Virus record (IMG/VR): IMGVR_UViG_3300043756_000110
Coordinates: 1-57,013 of that record
Direction: 5' to 3' (one strand)
DNA length: 57,013 nucleotides
From: a virus
Lineage: Duplodnaviria > Caudoviricetes
The notes below the pieces were generated by a model. The model was not told the DNA's origin. It worked only from the letters and a program-made list of their open reading frames with translations, and ran no database searches. Of this stretch, positions 1 to 9,901 are shown piece after piece. Each line of letters begins with the position of its first letter. The stretch's first letter is position 1. The position numbers and the translations under genes were made by a program.

Positions 1-159
1 GGTGCCGGACCCCGGGTCGTCCACACCGCAAGAGCTGATCCAGATGAAGGTTTCGTTCGACATCAATGACGGGTCGTTCACCAAAGACACTTACTATTAC
101 CCGGTTTCCACATCCATTCTCGGAGCGGCTGCGGATACGGGCAAGCCTCCCGCCTCCGA
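1..159 (+). repeat. Terminal direct repeat, left copy (circular assembly overlap)
   Basis: 1-159 matches 56855-57013. The first 126 bp are identical, then there are 3 substitutions (127, 133, 142). Confidence 0.95.
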
Positions 160-2605
160 CCAGTCGCAGTTTACGACGAGCCAACTTCTAGCCAACAACA
201 AGCAAACCTATCAGGCGATTTACGATGCCCTCATCCAGCATGGCTACAATGCGGCTAGTGTCCTCAATCCCAAGAACGCCATCAGCATCAATCCGGATAC
301 GGGCGAAGTCCAGATCTTCGGCTCTGATGGCCGAATCATCACGCTCAATGTGCCCTTGGCCGCTGGATTTGCCGGAGTCTATACGGAATTGATTGTGCCG
401 ATCCAGTCCCTGAAGCGGACCGGCGGCAGCCATTCCATCACTCTGGCCGATTTCAAGGCCATCCAGATTGCGCTTATCACCACGGGTACCTTTACGGTTG
501 GCTTTGCCGGGATTTGGGTTGGGGGCGGGGGCCAGCCGGATGTGGGAGCCTCGGGAAGCCCTTACTATTACCGCATCGTCGGACGCTCATCACTGACTGG
601 AACTGAATCGAATCCGAGTCCAGCAACCCGTTATGGGGTCACGCCAAGGGTTCAGCCCGTCTGGGTACAAATGCCCGCAATATACGATCCCCAGATCGAT
701 ACGTGGAATATCTACAGGTATGGCGGATCCGTAACGAGTTGGAGATGGATCGGATCGGCTCACGCTTCCGATGCTTGGTTCCGGGATAACAGCTTTGACG
801 CTGCCGCCTTCGCAGGCAGCGAACTCGAATTCGATAATTTTGAACCGTGGCCGACGGTGGATGTGCCCTGGCATCCGACCGATCTTAGCATCACCGTCAT
901 TGGCACCATCATCAACTTCGTGGGGACCGACTTTCCCCCATCGATCAACCGCTGGCTGGCTGGAACACTGATCACTCTGAACCTGAATCAGACCTTCACG
1001 CTCTGGCGGCGTCCGGTCCTGATTACGGGAGGCTGGCAAATCGAGATTCTCGAGTGCGCCGGCGCAATAACAAATCCCGACACGTTTGTCGCCGAACCCA
1101 TCGTCGCCAATCAACCACTGCCCTACGTTTTTGGACCGGATGCGAACGGTGTGGTCTGGGCCTGCGGGGACACGTTCCGGCCAGGAACCTTTCAGGGATC
1201 AAAGCCCAATGCTCCCGATGCGACACCAAATAATGCCTACGATCTTACGCCTCCTTCGGAACCTCTTCTGGGTGGACAAGTCGTGGACGGATTTCCTCTC
1301 ATCGCTTCCTCCAAGCGATGGTGGCAATGTCAGCCATCGGGAAATCCCGTTAGTCCGAATCCCGTGGAGATGCCGACCGGGAGAGGCTTGGCGGCTCCTT
1401 ATGCCCACACCACCGACGGGAAGATGGTCTACTTCTGGGCTAAAGACGGCATCATGGCGATGGTCCCGAATCAGGTGGCGCAGTTTCTGACGAACGATAT
1501 CGCCAACCTGTTTCCGCAGGGTGAAACGGGGATCACGCACGGTTTCGATATTGAGTATGCGGAGTACACGATCTGGGCGCCGGAATACAAATATGCGTCG
1601 TCCTTCCGGCTGTCGGTGATGAACAACATTCTGCGTGCGCATTATCGCGACTGCTCGAACACCGCGCGGACGCTGGTTTGCGATATGACGCCCGATGATC
1701 AGGGTCAGTTGATCGCGCGGTGGTCGGTGGATGACTACAACGATCCGATCACTACCTCTTTTCAGCCGGTACAGCCGCCGGCCACCCTGTTGACGGCGCA
1801 GAGTCGTTACGAGGAACTCTATTACGCCGATCACAACGGCGGCGTCTGGCGCGAGGTCGATCTCCACAATGACGGCGTCACACCTATCAAGGTTTTGCTT
1901 TCGACAGCGGAGTTTGATGGTGGTGACTCGCGCGTGCGGAAAGACTGGATGGATTCGATGGTGGACATGCGATCGCCTTCCGGCGGAACGCTTTCACCTG
2001 TAGCGAACGGTCAGATCCTCGGTGCGGCGCAAGCGATCGATGAAGAAGACACACGCACGCAGCAACTCATTCCCGTCGGCGAAGAAGGACCAGTTGAACC
2101 GCCGCATAAGAAGATGGACGCGACGGCACTCGGAATTCTGTTCACATGGACCGATGATTTCACGAAGCTGAACCCGAATCCTGGTTCCTGTCCGACGTCG
2201 GGGCTGGTGACCACGCTCTACGAATACACGATGGAGTTCGTACCGCAGCCGGTTGAAATCAAGAGTTGGGAATCGATTTGGACGAATTGCGGGCTAGACG
2301 GCTACTGGTTTATTTATCGGATGCGGATAGCCTATCAGACCGACGGCGACGATCCGATTACACTCAAGATCGATGCCTATGATAAGACGCCACCCGAAAT
2401 CATTGAATTGCCGGGGACCAATGGCAAGTACGTGAAAACAGAGTTCGTGCCGACGTTCAACAAATTCCTTCTCGCGAAGTTCCATCTCACATCTCCTTCT
2501 CCGTTTGCGCTGATCGAGGAAGATACCGAGATCGTAGCATGTCAATGGGGCCGCACGGGCTTCTGTACAAAATGTAACGGTTTCGGAGGGAATGCGAATC
2601 CATGA
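2..2605 (+). CDS. C-terminal part of a large tail protein (nozzle/stabilisation-protein-like) that starts at 55434 and crosses the circular junction
   Basis: In frame with the open frame 55434-57013, giving ~1341 aa in total. Beta-rich, and lies between adaptor-like and ejection-protein-like genes. Confidence 0.65.
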   Translation: MPDPGSSTPQELIQMKVSFDINDGSFTKDTYYYPVSTSILGAAADTGKPPASDQSQFTTSQLLANNKQTYQAIYDALIQHGYNAASVLNPKNAISINPDTGEVQIFGSDGRIITLNVPLAAGFAGVYTELIVPIQSLKRTGGSHSITLADFKAIQIALITTGTFTVGFAGIWVGGGGQPDVGASGSPYYYRIVGRSSLTGTESNPSPATRYGVTPRVQPVWVQMPAIYDPQIDTWNIYRYGGSVTSWRWIGSAHASDAWFRDNSFDAAAFAGSELEFDNFEPWPTVDVPWHPTDLSITVIGTIINFVGTDFPPSINRWLAGTLITLNLNQTFTLWRRPVLITGGWQIEILECAGAITNPDTFVAEPIVANQPLPYVFGPDANGVVWACGDTFRPGTFQGSKPNAPDATPNNAYDLTPPSEPLLGGQVVDGFPLIASSKRWWQCQPSGNPVSPNPVEMPTGRGLAAPYAHTTDGKMVYFWAKDGIMAMVPNQVAQFLTNDIANLFPQGETGITHGFDIEYAEYTIWAPEYKYASSFRLSVMNNILRAHYRDCSNTARTLVCDMTPDDQGQLIARWSVDDYNDPITTSFQPVQPPATLLTAQSRYEELYYADHNGGVWREVDLHNDGVTPIKVLLSTAEFDGGDSRVRKDWMDSMVDMRSPSGGTLSPVANGQILGAAQAIDEEDTRTQQLIPVGEEGPVEPPHKKMDATALGILFTWTDDFTKLNPNPGSCPTSGLVTTLYEYTMEFVPQPVEIKSWESIWTNCGLDGYWFIYRMRIAYQTDGDDPITLKIDAYDKTPPEIIELPGTNGKYVKTEFVPTFNKFLLAKFHLTSPSPFALIEEDTEIVACQWGRTGFCTKCNGFGGNANP

Positions 2606-2685
2606 TTGACTGGCAATACTTGCTCGGCATTTTCATCATCTTGGTTTTGGCGTACTTCATCTGGAAAATTATCAGGAAGGTATGA
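2602..2685 (+). CDS. 27-aa single-TM membrane peptide
   Basis: MIDWQYLLGIFIILVLAYFIWKIIRKV; ATGA overlaps with both neighbours. Not in the ORF track. Confidence 0.6.
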   Translation: MIDWQYLLGIFIILVLAYFIWKIIRKV

Positions 2686-3335
2686 GCAAGACTCCAGGTC
2701 CGATTGACTACCCAAACCGCATCCAGGATCACCATACCGTGGTGAAGCTCCGGGAGATTATTGACGGCCACAACGCCTTGCAGGCAATTACCGACCAGAA
2801 CGTCAAGATGCTCGGTGTGCATGCATCCGTCATTGACGGGCTACCCCAGACCTACACGACGCCTCAAGGCGTGGTTAATCAGATCGGGATGTACGTCTCG
2901 ACGCCGACGTTTTTAACCGGTTTGAATTCGGCCCTAGTGAAGCTGGGCTTCACGGTTCCGAAACCGCCTCAGCAAGTTTCGGGCATTGTTCCGGTTCAAC
3001 GTACAGCAGACACGCAGTCGGAAGCGCGCTGGATTACGTTTGGAACGCGAGACGAGGCGCCGACTGAGTTGGGCAAGGTGGATTCCGGATTTCTTTATTT
3101 TGTAAGCGACTACAATCACACGGCGATCTGGGATGGCACGAATTGGCAGCTGATCGATGGCCAAGGTGGCTATTTCGTGGATATGGTCGCGGATCCTGGC
3201 TCCGGTTGGCAGATTTGCGATGGATCGGTAACGCGGATCTTATTGACGGGGACGCCGAATCTGGCCTACATGGAGTACACGACTCCGAAATATCATTCTC
3301 TGCGGCATCGAACCCGAAGGTACATTAGGCGATGA
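2682..3335 (+). CDS. Tail-associated protein with a tail-collar-like C-terminus
   Basis: WDGTNWQ and GWQICDGS motifs typical of tail fibre/collar domains; position in the tail module. Confidence 0.5.
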   Translation: MSKTPGPIDYPNRIQDHHTVVKLREIIDGHNALQAITDQNVKMLGVHASVIDGLPQTYTTPQGVVNQIGMYVSTPTFLTGLNSALVKLGFTVPKPPQQVSGIVPVQRTADTQSEARWITFGTRDEAPTELGKVDSGFLYFVSDYNHTAIWDGTNWQLIDGQGGYFVDMVADPGSGWQICDGSVTRILLTGTPNLAYMEYTTPKYHSLRHRTRRYIRR

Positions 3336-3346
3336 GGCGCGTGTAA

Positions 3347-3988
3347 ATGCCGTTCGAAAACCCATTCCTCAACACCTTGCGCGGAACCACCGTTCCGACG
3401 TTCACGGCGTCCGGAACGCAGGACATCGGACAAGCGGGTAACTTCTTCCGAACGCTTCTCGGAGGCAATCGGCAGGCGATCATGCAACAGGCCTCGCCGG
3501 CGGCAAATGCAGCAAGAGAAGCTGCGGATGCGGCGAGGCGGGAGGCCGCCGCTCGAGGGACAGCGAGGACCGGTGGAGCAGCGGCGCAGAGTGCACAAAG
3601 CGAAGATGAAATCCGGAAGCAGATCGATACATTGATTGGTCAGCAGCAAGCTGGAGCTGCACAGTCATTGGCTGGAATCGGTTCAGAGGAACTCAATACG
3701 ATGATGAATGCACTGAATATTGGAACTCAGGCCGCACAGTCGGATATCAACTCGCGGCGCGCGGCGACAGCATCCATGCTCAGCTCACTGATTGGTGGTG
3801 CAGCGAATGTCGCCACAGGAGGCGTTTACGGAGCGCTGAGCGGTGCGGCGAAAGCATTGAGTCCAACACCCTCGATCAGTATGCCGCCCATCAGTACTCC
3901 GACCTATTCCCAGCCGCTCGGACAAATTGGTGCCGCGGGAGGAGGTCTTTTCCCACCGACGACCGATATCGCTCCACCTTTATTCTAG
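3347..3988 (+). CDS. Putative ejection/internal virion protein
   Basis: Ala/Gln/Gly-rich helical protein with a GxxxG-type C-terminal segment; first of three helical genes after the nozzle, as in P22/T7-like ejectosomes. Confidence 0.45.
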   Translation: MPFENPFLNTLRGTTVPTFTASGTQDIGQAGNFFRTLLGGNRQAIMQQASPAANAAREAADAARREAAARGTARTGGAAAQSAQSEDEIRKQIDTLIGQQQAGAAQSLAGIGSEELNTMMNALNIGTQAAQSDINSRRAATASMLSSLIGGAANVATGGVYGALSGAAKALSPTPSISMPPISTPTYSQPLGQIGAAGGGLFPPTTDIAPPLF

Positions 3989-3997
3989 GAGTTTACG

Positions 3998-5332
3998 ATG
4001 GCAGATGGCGTTGGTCTTGGAGTTGGCGAAGGAATTGGTCAGGGTTTAAATCGCATTGGCGACCTGCTGATTGCCAGTGCCGATCGCCGGCGTCAAGACC
4101 GCGACTTGCAGGCGGATAAATACGAAAAGCAGGCACAGGACATTAGCGCCAATCTCGCGCAAGCGCTTCAAGGTCGGCCGCTTGGTCAGGCCTTGACCAC
4201 TCCCGGTCCCAATCAGGATCAGGTTCGCGATCTTTACAATCAGCTGAACCGTACAGTGCAGATGCATAACGGACTTTACGGAGCGCACGAAACTCCACAG
4301 CTGATTCAGCGCATTCAGCGATTCGTTGGCAGGCAACCCGGCCGGCCGATGATGGATGTGCGTGCCACGATGACGCCGGAATCAATGGTGGCGGCAGCAC
4401 ACCCGACGGAGAAATCGCAGACACTCAGCCAGCAGTTTGATGAGTTCGTCGGTGTTCTGACACGGCTTCACCCCGACTGGACGAAAGAACAGATCGCCAA
4501 GAGAGCTGAAGAGTTAGCGTTTCCAGCAAAGACAACTCGGTACCGAGAGGAAAAGTACATCGACAGCCAAGGTGTCCTCCATCCTGTGAATGTCGCCGAT
4601 CCGCAGGAGGTACAGGACGCCGAAGACCAAGGATGGAAACTGGTCGGCGGGGGAGCAGGGGCAAAGGGCCTTGCCTACACTCGTGACCGCGGCACCTTAG
4701 TTTCAATCACGGACAAAGCAACTGGAAAGTTGTATAACGACGTCAACATTAACGAACCAGATACCCCTTCATTTATTCGCGAGAGTTTCCTTGAGGATCG
4801 AAAACGTACGGCGCAAGTCACGGCGGATGCACTAACTGAAAGGAAGCGACGAGAAGCAGTCCAGGAAGATCGTCAGGTCCGAACTTTCTGGTTCAACCAG
4901 TACAACCGTGATCGTGAAAAAGCAGCAACCGCGATGGAACAAACCAATACGAAACTTAAAGAAGCCGCGGTCTTAAGGAATCTTGCAACTCAAGCACAGC
5001 AACTGAAGAATCCTACCTTCGATCGACAGTTACTGGAAGCGATTCAAAAAAGCCATACGCAACAAGCGATCGATGTGGAGCTGAACGCTGGTGGATGGGT
5101 TCAGAACACCGTAGACGCCATTCAGAGATTAATTTCAGGACAGGTCATGCCAGATAATGTTCGCGATGGTCTAGCAAAATGGCTCGATGCGAATTTTAAT
5201 GAATGGAATGACGAATACCAGCGGGAGGCTAAGGCAATTGCGGATATCCCGTTACCGCAAGGGGTCCAAGGTGGCACTCCTAATGATGATCTTCAAAACC
5301 GACTAAACGACGCGCTCACTCCCGGTAAATAA
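3998..5332 (+). CDS. Putative ejection/internal virion protein
   Basis: N-terminal GVGLGVGEGIGQG followed by a charged helical body; RBS AGGAG; synteny. Confidence 0.45.
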   Translation: MADGVGLGVGEGIGQGLNRIGDLLIASADRRRQDRDLQADKYEKQAQDISANLAQALQGRPLGQALTTPGPNQDQVRDLYNQLNRTVQMHNGLYGAHETPQLIQRIQRFVGRQPGRPMMDVRATMTPESMVAAAHPTEKSQTLSQQFDEFVGVLTRLHPDWTKEQIAKRAEELAFPAKTTRYREEKYIDSQGVLHPVNVADPQEVQDAEDQGWKLVGGGAGAKGLAYTRDRGTLVSITDKATGKLYNDVNINEPDTPSFIRESFLEDRKRTAQVTADALTERKRREAVQEDRQVRTFWFNQYNRDREKAATAMEQTNTKLKEAAVLRNLATQAQQLKNPTFDRQLLEAIQKSHTQQAIDVELNAGGWVQNTVDAIQRLISGQVMPDNVRDGLAKWLDANFNEWNDEYQREAKAIADIPLPQGVQGGTPNDDLQNRLNDALTPGK

Positions 5333-5333
5333 A

Positions 5334-7805
5334 ATGCCGCAAAAAGACGCTATCGATGAATTCATCGCATTGCCGAACGACGAGCAGATGCGGCGGCTCG
5401 GAGCGCTGACCCGCGATAAGCAGGATCTTTTACTTCAGAAAGTTAAAGAGCGTCGATCCAAACAGCCATCCGCTATAGGACAGACCACTGCACCCGTGGC
5501 AACTTCGACTACGAAAGTCCCTGTCGCAACACCAACCGCACAGCCAAAAGGGAGACCGTTCCCGACTGTGCAATATCCAAGTACGGCGGCGACAAAACAA
5601 AAGCAAGATCAACTGGCAGACCGCCGCGCAATTGCGCATGCGCAATACTTATCGAACCTCCCCAGCTTCAGCCGACCCGAAAATTACCCCGCATGGCAAG
5701 CCCCCCTCGATCTTGCGATCGGTGCTGAGCAGATGTTGGGTATCGATCCCATGCGTCCCATCGCGACAACGCCAGGAGCCATTAAAAACCTGTGGCAGAA
5801 CCTCATGCAGTTTGGAAATATTCAAACCGATCCAGGGGGAACCAAATCGATACCTGCGATGTGGGAGGCGATTAAGAGAACTGCCACAGCGGCGAATCGA
5901 GCACGTCAAGAACAGAATCTTCCAGAGATGTATCAATCCCTTGGGCAATTCGGTGTAGCGGCGCAACCTGTGGCGGGTGCTGTTGAAGCGGGTCTCGGTG
6001 TTGTTCGAGCAGGTGCTGGTTCTCTTGCCGATGTCGCGGGTTTGCGTGAGCGAGCACGTAATGTTCTGCGACAGTCGCTCAAATCAACACCTGAAGAGAT
6101 TGAAAAACCTAAGCTTGAAGAAGCCTCGGCAAAGATCGCGGAAACGCAGCAGAAGCAAGCGGAGGCAAATCTGGCTGCGGCGGAGAAGACACAAGCATCA
6201 AAGGAGAAAGTGGCTCAGGAGGTGGAAGAACGTCGCACTGCAGCTCATAACGCAGCTCGAGGAGAAGCTCTTGATCGTAGTGTTCAAGAAGGTAGCACGC
6301 GTCTGGGTGAACGTGTATCCGACTTGGATGGGAAACTTCGCCAAGAAGGAAACGAGAAATATACCGCCGTCCGTAATGCCGTAAAAAACGATCCGGGAGT
6401 ACCACTGGCCGGCTTGGCACAGGCCGCGAAGCATGCTGAAGACAACATCCTGAAGGGTTCGCCCGAAAATATTAAGCAGTTCCGTGATCTTGCGCGCAAA
6501 GCGCCAGAAGAAGCGGGAGTGCAAACGAGTATAGGTGAACTGCAACCTGGCGATCCGCTATACGAACGTCTCAAATCGGAGGGCGCGCTAGATCTCGGCG
6601 GCAACATTACGTTCGATCAACTTCAAGGATATTCGTCGGAGATCGGCGAAAGATTGGCGCGGGGCGGTTTACAGGGTGATGTCTATCAGGCGTTGAAATA
6701 CCTGAAAGACGAAATCGATAAGGCCAAGACAACGATTGCGGAGCGTAATAACGCCGGCGGTCTCCTTCGCAATGCGGACTCCTTCTGGCGGTCGTACATG
6801 GATCTCTTCTACGACTCCGATAGCGCACTCGCCAAAGTTCGAGAAGGTGTCGGTACTAAAAACCCCTCCGAAGCCTTTAATGAATTTATGCGTGGAAGAG
6901 GGGATGAAATTGCGATTGGACGCTTAAAGCGACTTCGCACTCGACATGCCGATGATGCCAGTGCAATTGCGGATCTGAGTCAGAATCTCAAATCAGCCAC
7001 GAGAGAAGCGGATACATTAAAAGGAACCAGGGTTCCAGGGCGTCCAGAACCACCGACCCGCGCCGTTCCTAAACAGATCCCCCAGGAGCAATTGCCGACC
7101 GTCGAGAGTTTCGCTAAGGTGCGACGGGAAAAACTTCTGAACACATTTCGTAACTGGCGCGCGACCTCCATCTTCGAACTCCATCGTTTGGGTTACGCGG
7201 TGAACGCGGCCACTATCGGTTTTGTGGCAGGGCATAGTTTCGCCACTGCTGGCCTCGGAGCCGTCATTGCGTTTGCAACTCCTAAGATTGTCGCCGCTAT
7301 CATGAGTAATCCCGAGATACTGGACTTTCTGACCGCTCCGACCGAAGACATCATGGACGCAGCGGAGAATCTGCCACCGGACCAAAAATTAAATTTTCAG
7401 AACAACGTTCGTGATGCTATTAACCAGAGTCAGGCTGCTGGCCGACCGGTGAACGTATCACCGAGAATGTCCCGTTTCCTGGGGCTCACTGCCGTTGGTG
7501 CAGTGACAGCACCCGTACAGAATCGGAAGGACGCGATGGAACGCCTCGGCCGTAATCCCACTAATCCGACTCAACCGTCAGCTTCTGCTCGGATCACACC
7601 ACCTGCTGCCAGACCCGCTACAGCTGCAGCTTCGATGACGCTGGACGACTTTAATGCTCGACTCGATCGGCTGCTGCCTCCAGGTGATGCACGGTTTACT
7701 GATGCGAACCGGAGATTCAGCGTCATGGCTGGGGACGCGCCGGCCAGCCAGTTGGGCGACATCTTAGCCAGAGCGCAGGCGGAGGCGGTCAGAATAGGCC
7801 GATGA
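5334..7805 (+). CDS. Putative large ejection/DNA-transfer protein
   Basis: 823 aa, coiled-coil rich, with a late hydrophobic segment (IGFVAGHSFATAGLGAVIAF); last gene of the late operon. Confidence 0.45.
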   Translation: MPQKDAIDEFIALPNDEQMRRLGALTRDKQDLLLQKVKERRSKQPSAIGQTTAPVATSTTKVPVATPTAQPKGRPFPTVQYPSTAATKQKQDQLADRRAIAHAQYLSNLPSFSRPENYPAWQAPLDLAIGAEQMLGIDPMRPIATTPGAIKNLWQNLMQFGNIQTDPGGTKSIPAMWEAIKRTATAANRARQEQNLPEMYQSLGQFGVAAQPVAGAVEAGLGVVRAGAGSLADVAGLRERARNVLRQSLKSTPEEIEKPKLEEASAKIAETQQKQAEANLAAAEKTQASKEKVAQEVEERRTAAHNAARGEALDRSVQEGSTRLGERVSDLDGKLRQEGNEKYTAVRNAVKNDPGVPLAGLAQAAKHAEDNILKGSPENIKQFRDLARKAPEEAGVQTSIGELQPGDPLYERLKSEGALDLGGNITFDQLQGYSSEIGERLARGGLQGDVYQALKYLKDEIDKAKTTIAERNNAGGLLRNADSFWRSYMDLFYDSDSALAKVREGVGTKNPSEAFNEFMRGRGDEIAIGRLKRLRTRHADDASAIADLSQNLKSATREADTLKGTRVPGRPEPPTRAVPKQIPQEQLPTVESFAKVRREKLLNTFRNWRATSIFELHRLGYAVNAATIGFVAGHSFATAGLGAVIAFATPKIVAAIMSNPEILDFLTAPTEDIMDAAENLPPDQKLNFQNNVRDAINQSQAAGRPVNVSPRMSRFLGLTAVGAVTAPVQNRKDAMERLGRNPTNPTQPSASARITPPAARPATAAASMTLDDFNARLDRLLPPGDARFTDANRRFSVMAGDAPASQLGDILARAQAEAVRIGR

Positions 7806-7817
7806 CTTTTAATAGCC

Positions 7818-7856
7818 GGATGATTATGAAAATAAGGATCAAGCTGATAATCATCC
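7818..7856. terminator. Inverted repeat at the end of the late operon, possibly a bidirectional terminator
   Basis: GGATGATTAT(7818-27) / ATAATCATCC(7847-56), located between convergent transcription units; no strong U-tract. Confidence 0.3.
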
Positions 7857-7930
7857 AAGAGGCTGGAAATGGAACGGGTTCATCATTCATCACGGTTCAT
7901 GATTGTTTGTAACACACTAATGATTCAAAC

Positions 7931-8030
7931 GGCCATAAGCCCCACGCCTTGCCCAGCCGGGCCCCACCGTACCCTGCCTAGCCTTGCCGCGCTAGGCCTT
8001 ACCTTGCCTAGACCAGCCAAGTCTCGCCGT
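7931..8030 (-). ncRNA. Orphan GGY-NN pentamer-repeat guide-like RNA unit H
   Basis: 18 dinucleotides in strict 5-nt register (plus: ac tt ca gg cc gt ct ta tt gc ag tt tt ta ca aa tc gt), ending in the hairpin GGG-GCU-UAU-GGC-C (one G.U pair). Confidence 0.75.
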
Positions 8031-8037
8031 ACAGTTG

Positions 8038-8067
8038 TTGTTAACACAGATTCATTTGTATTACAAT
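8038..8067. promoter_or_regulatory. Overlapping divergent sigma70-like promoters
   Basis: Minus strand: TTGTAA(8066-61)-17 bp-TGnTAACAA(8043-38), aimed at unit H. Plus strand: TACAAT(8062-67), 7 nt before ATG 8075 (possible leaderless mRNA). Confidence 0.4.
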
Positions 8068-8074
8068 TGGATTA

Positions 8075-8302
8075 ATGACATTTGATGAATTACAACTACT
8101 GACAGAGAAGAACACGAAGGCGATTGCTGAATTAATTGTAGTTTCACGAACTGTACTAGATCACGCCAAAATTGTGAGCGCAGATCTGGAGAAGTCCACA
8201 AAAGAGATGAACGATCGGATGAATGCGCTCATCCACATCGTCGATGACTTGGTCCGTGACCGCTGGCGCCGGAAGAATGAGAACGGCGAAAAGAACCAAT
8301 GA
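8075..8302 (+). CDS. Small coiled-coil protein
   Basis: Heptad pattern; ATGA overlap with the next gene. Confidence 0.55.
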   Translation: MTFDELQLLTEKNTKAIAELIVVSRTVLDHAKIVSADLEKSTKEMNDRMNALIHIVDDLVRDRWRRKNENGEKNQ

Positions 8303-8502
8303 ACCGGCAAGTGCGACTGAATCGGCGTGTGGAGAAGATTCGCCGGGAAGCGTGCGAACGGTTCACTAAAGATGCGGTTATCCAGTGCCGAGTTGAAGTG
8401 CGACAAATGGATCAACTCAAAGAATTAGCTCAAACCCAAGGACTCTCCGTCAGCGCACTGACACGCATGTGGCTTCTCGAACGCCTTCGCGAAGAAAAAT
8501 GA
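8299..8502 (+). CDS. Ribbon-helix-helix (CopG-like) DNA-binding protein
   Basis: IQCRVE..QMDQLKELAQTQGLSVSALTRMWL fits the RHH pattern. Confidence 0.6.
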   Translation: MNRQVRLNRRVEKIRREACERFTKDAVIQCRVEVRQMDQLKELAQTQGLSVSALTRMWLLERLREEK

Positions 8503-9419
8503 TCTCGTCCGCCGAACTCCTTTCCAATTTCGAACACTGCCAGCGCTGGGGCTATTACTCCCAACACTGGCGCAAGCACCGCATGTCGTCCTTAGAAATG
8601 TTCAACACTGCGGTGCGGCAGGCGCTCATTGAAGATCGACCCGATCCTGGGGAGAACGCCGGCGAGATCATGATGACCATGGCGCGCGATCGCGGCCTCG
8701 AGCTCACCGACAGCATCAACACCTATCGCTGCGCTATCAACCATGCTGCCGCGGCGGATCTCGTCGTCACCGCGATCCGGGAGAAAAATCAAGAGGTCTG
8801 GCGGTCGCTACCGAATAAGGTGAACGGTTGGTGGGCCTCCGGGATGATGGATCCCAGTGGAAACTTTTTGAGGCGCTTCATCGCCGTATCCTCGTGGAAT
8901 GAAGATCGTGAATTCTACGAGAAGCATTCCTGGTACGTGCTCGGGGATGTCGCGCATTACATGATGCCGATGCAGTTAGTCGTTGCGGTGATGGGATCCA
9001 TGCAGAGCGGTCGGCGCCACGGCTACTGGTCGAAGGGCTTGTTACATCCGCACTGGAATCAAGTGCGGTTTAAGCTTCGCCGGCGCAGCCGAGTTGAGGG
9101 ATTCGTGGATTCATGGCAAACCTGCTTCCGGGAAGATCACGATGAGATCAGCCGGGAGAAGTGGTTGCAGGGGATGATTGAGGATGAGGTGCTGCAGCAA
9201 TCTTTATTCGTGATTAAAATTCCTGTGCCGGAGGAGACCGCCCTCGACAAGATTAGGAGCCTCGCCACACGACAGCTTGAACGTCTGCGCGCACTGAGCG
9301 ATCTTCCGGAAAAACAATTGACGACCTGCCACAATCCCCTTGCGCCATGTCCATTCAGGGCTTGCTGCTGGTCGGAACCGGAGTCGAAGCCGGAGGATAG
9401 CGGCTACGACCCCGTATGA
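8499..9419 (+). CDS. Cas4/RecB-like PD-(D/E)XK-fold protein with an Fe-S-type Cys signature
   Basis: N-terminal SS..LL..FEHCQR and C-terminal TCHNPLAPCPFRACC. Start reassigned to ATG 8499 (ATGA overlap). Catalytic (D/E)xK is not obvious. Confidence 0.55.
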   Translation: MISSAELLSNFEHCQRWGYYSQHWRKHRMSSLEMFNTAVRQALIEDRPDPGENAGEIMMTMARDRGLELTDSINTYRCAINHAAAADLVVTAIREKNQEVWRSLPNKVNGWWASGMMDPSGNFLRRFIAVSSWNEDREFYEKHSWYVLGDVAHYMMPMQLVVAVMGSMQSGRRHGYWSKGLLHPHWNQVRFKLRRRSRVEGFVDSWQTCFREDHDEISREKWLQGMIEDEVLQQSLFVIKIPVPEETALDKIRSLATRQLERLRALSDLPEKQLTTCHNPLAPCPFRACCWSEPESKPEDSGYDPV

Positions 9420-9422
9420 AGA

Positions 9423-9824
9423 TTACGCTCTCTTCTTCATGAACCCTGGCATGATGCCGGCGTCCATGCGCTCTTGGGCGACACGCTTCGCCTGCTTCTT
9501 GCGGTTCGTCTTCCCGACCTGATCGTGTTGTCTGGCGATAATCTCAGCAACCTTGGGCGGTATGACCAGTCGGATCGTACCGCTGGAAGATGAATGCATC
9601 AGAAAGATCGTGTCACCGACCTCCCGTTGCCGGAACGTTTGCACTGTGAACATTTCCACGCCACCGATACCAAACTGTGGAATGTGCTGGTGCGGCGTCG
9701 GTCGGGTCTGAATGACATCGGGTAATCCATCCAGACTTCCCATCAGGCGGGAATAGTTGTCCACGGTTGGCACGTGATCACGCACGTGCGTAATTACATC
9801 ATTGTCTTCATCATGTGATCTCAT
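9423..9824 (-). CDS. Hypothetical protein
   Basis: RBS AAAGGAG upstream of ATG 9824 (MRSHDED...). Confidence 0.6.
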   Translation of the reverse strand: MRSHDEDNDVITHVRDHVPTVDNYSRLMGSLDGLPDVIQTRPTPHQHIPQFGIGGVEMFTVQTFRQREVGDTIFLMHSSSSGTIRLVIPPKVAEIIARQHDQVGKTNRKKQAKRVAQERMDAGIMPGFMKKRA

Positions 9825-9861
9825 TCTGTCTCCTTTAATGAAAGCTAAAGTCTCAACCTTC

Positions 9862-9888
9862 ACTATATAGTATACCACACAATGTCAA
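9862..9888 (-). promoter_or_regulatory. Sigma70-like promoter
   Basis: Minus strand TTGACAttgtgTGgTATACTatatagtg: perfect -35 box and extended -10-like boxes, but spacing is non-canonical. Confidence 0.35.
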
Positions 9889-9901
9889 CAGCCCGTTAGG
9901 T

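Noticed and set aside
1-159. Biological terminal repeat
   Set aside because: It falls mid-gene and the exact part is 126 bp, consistent with an assembler k-mer overlap.
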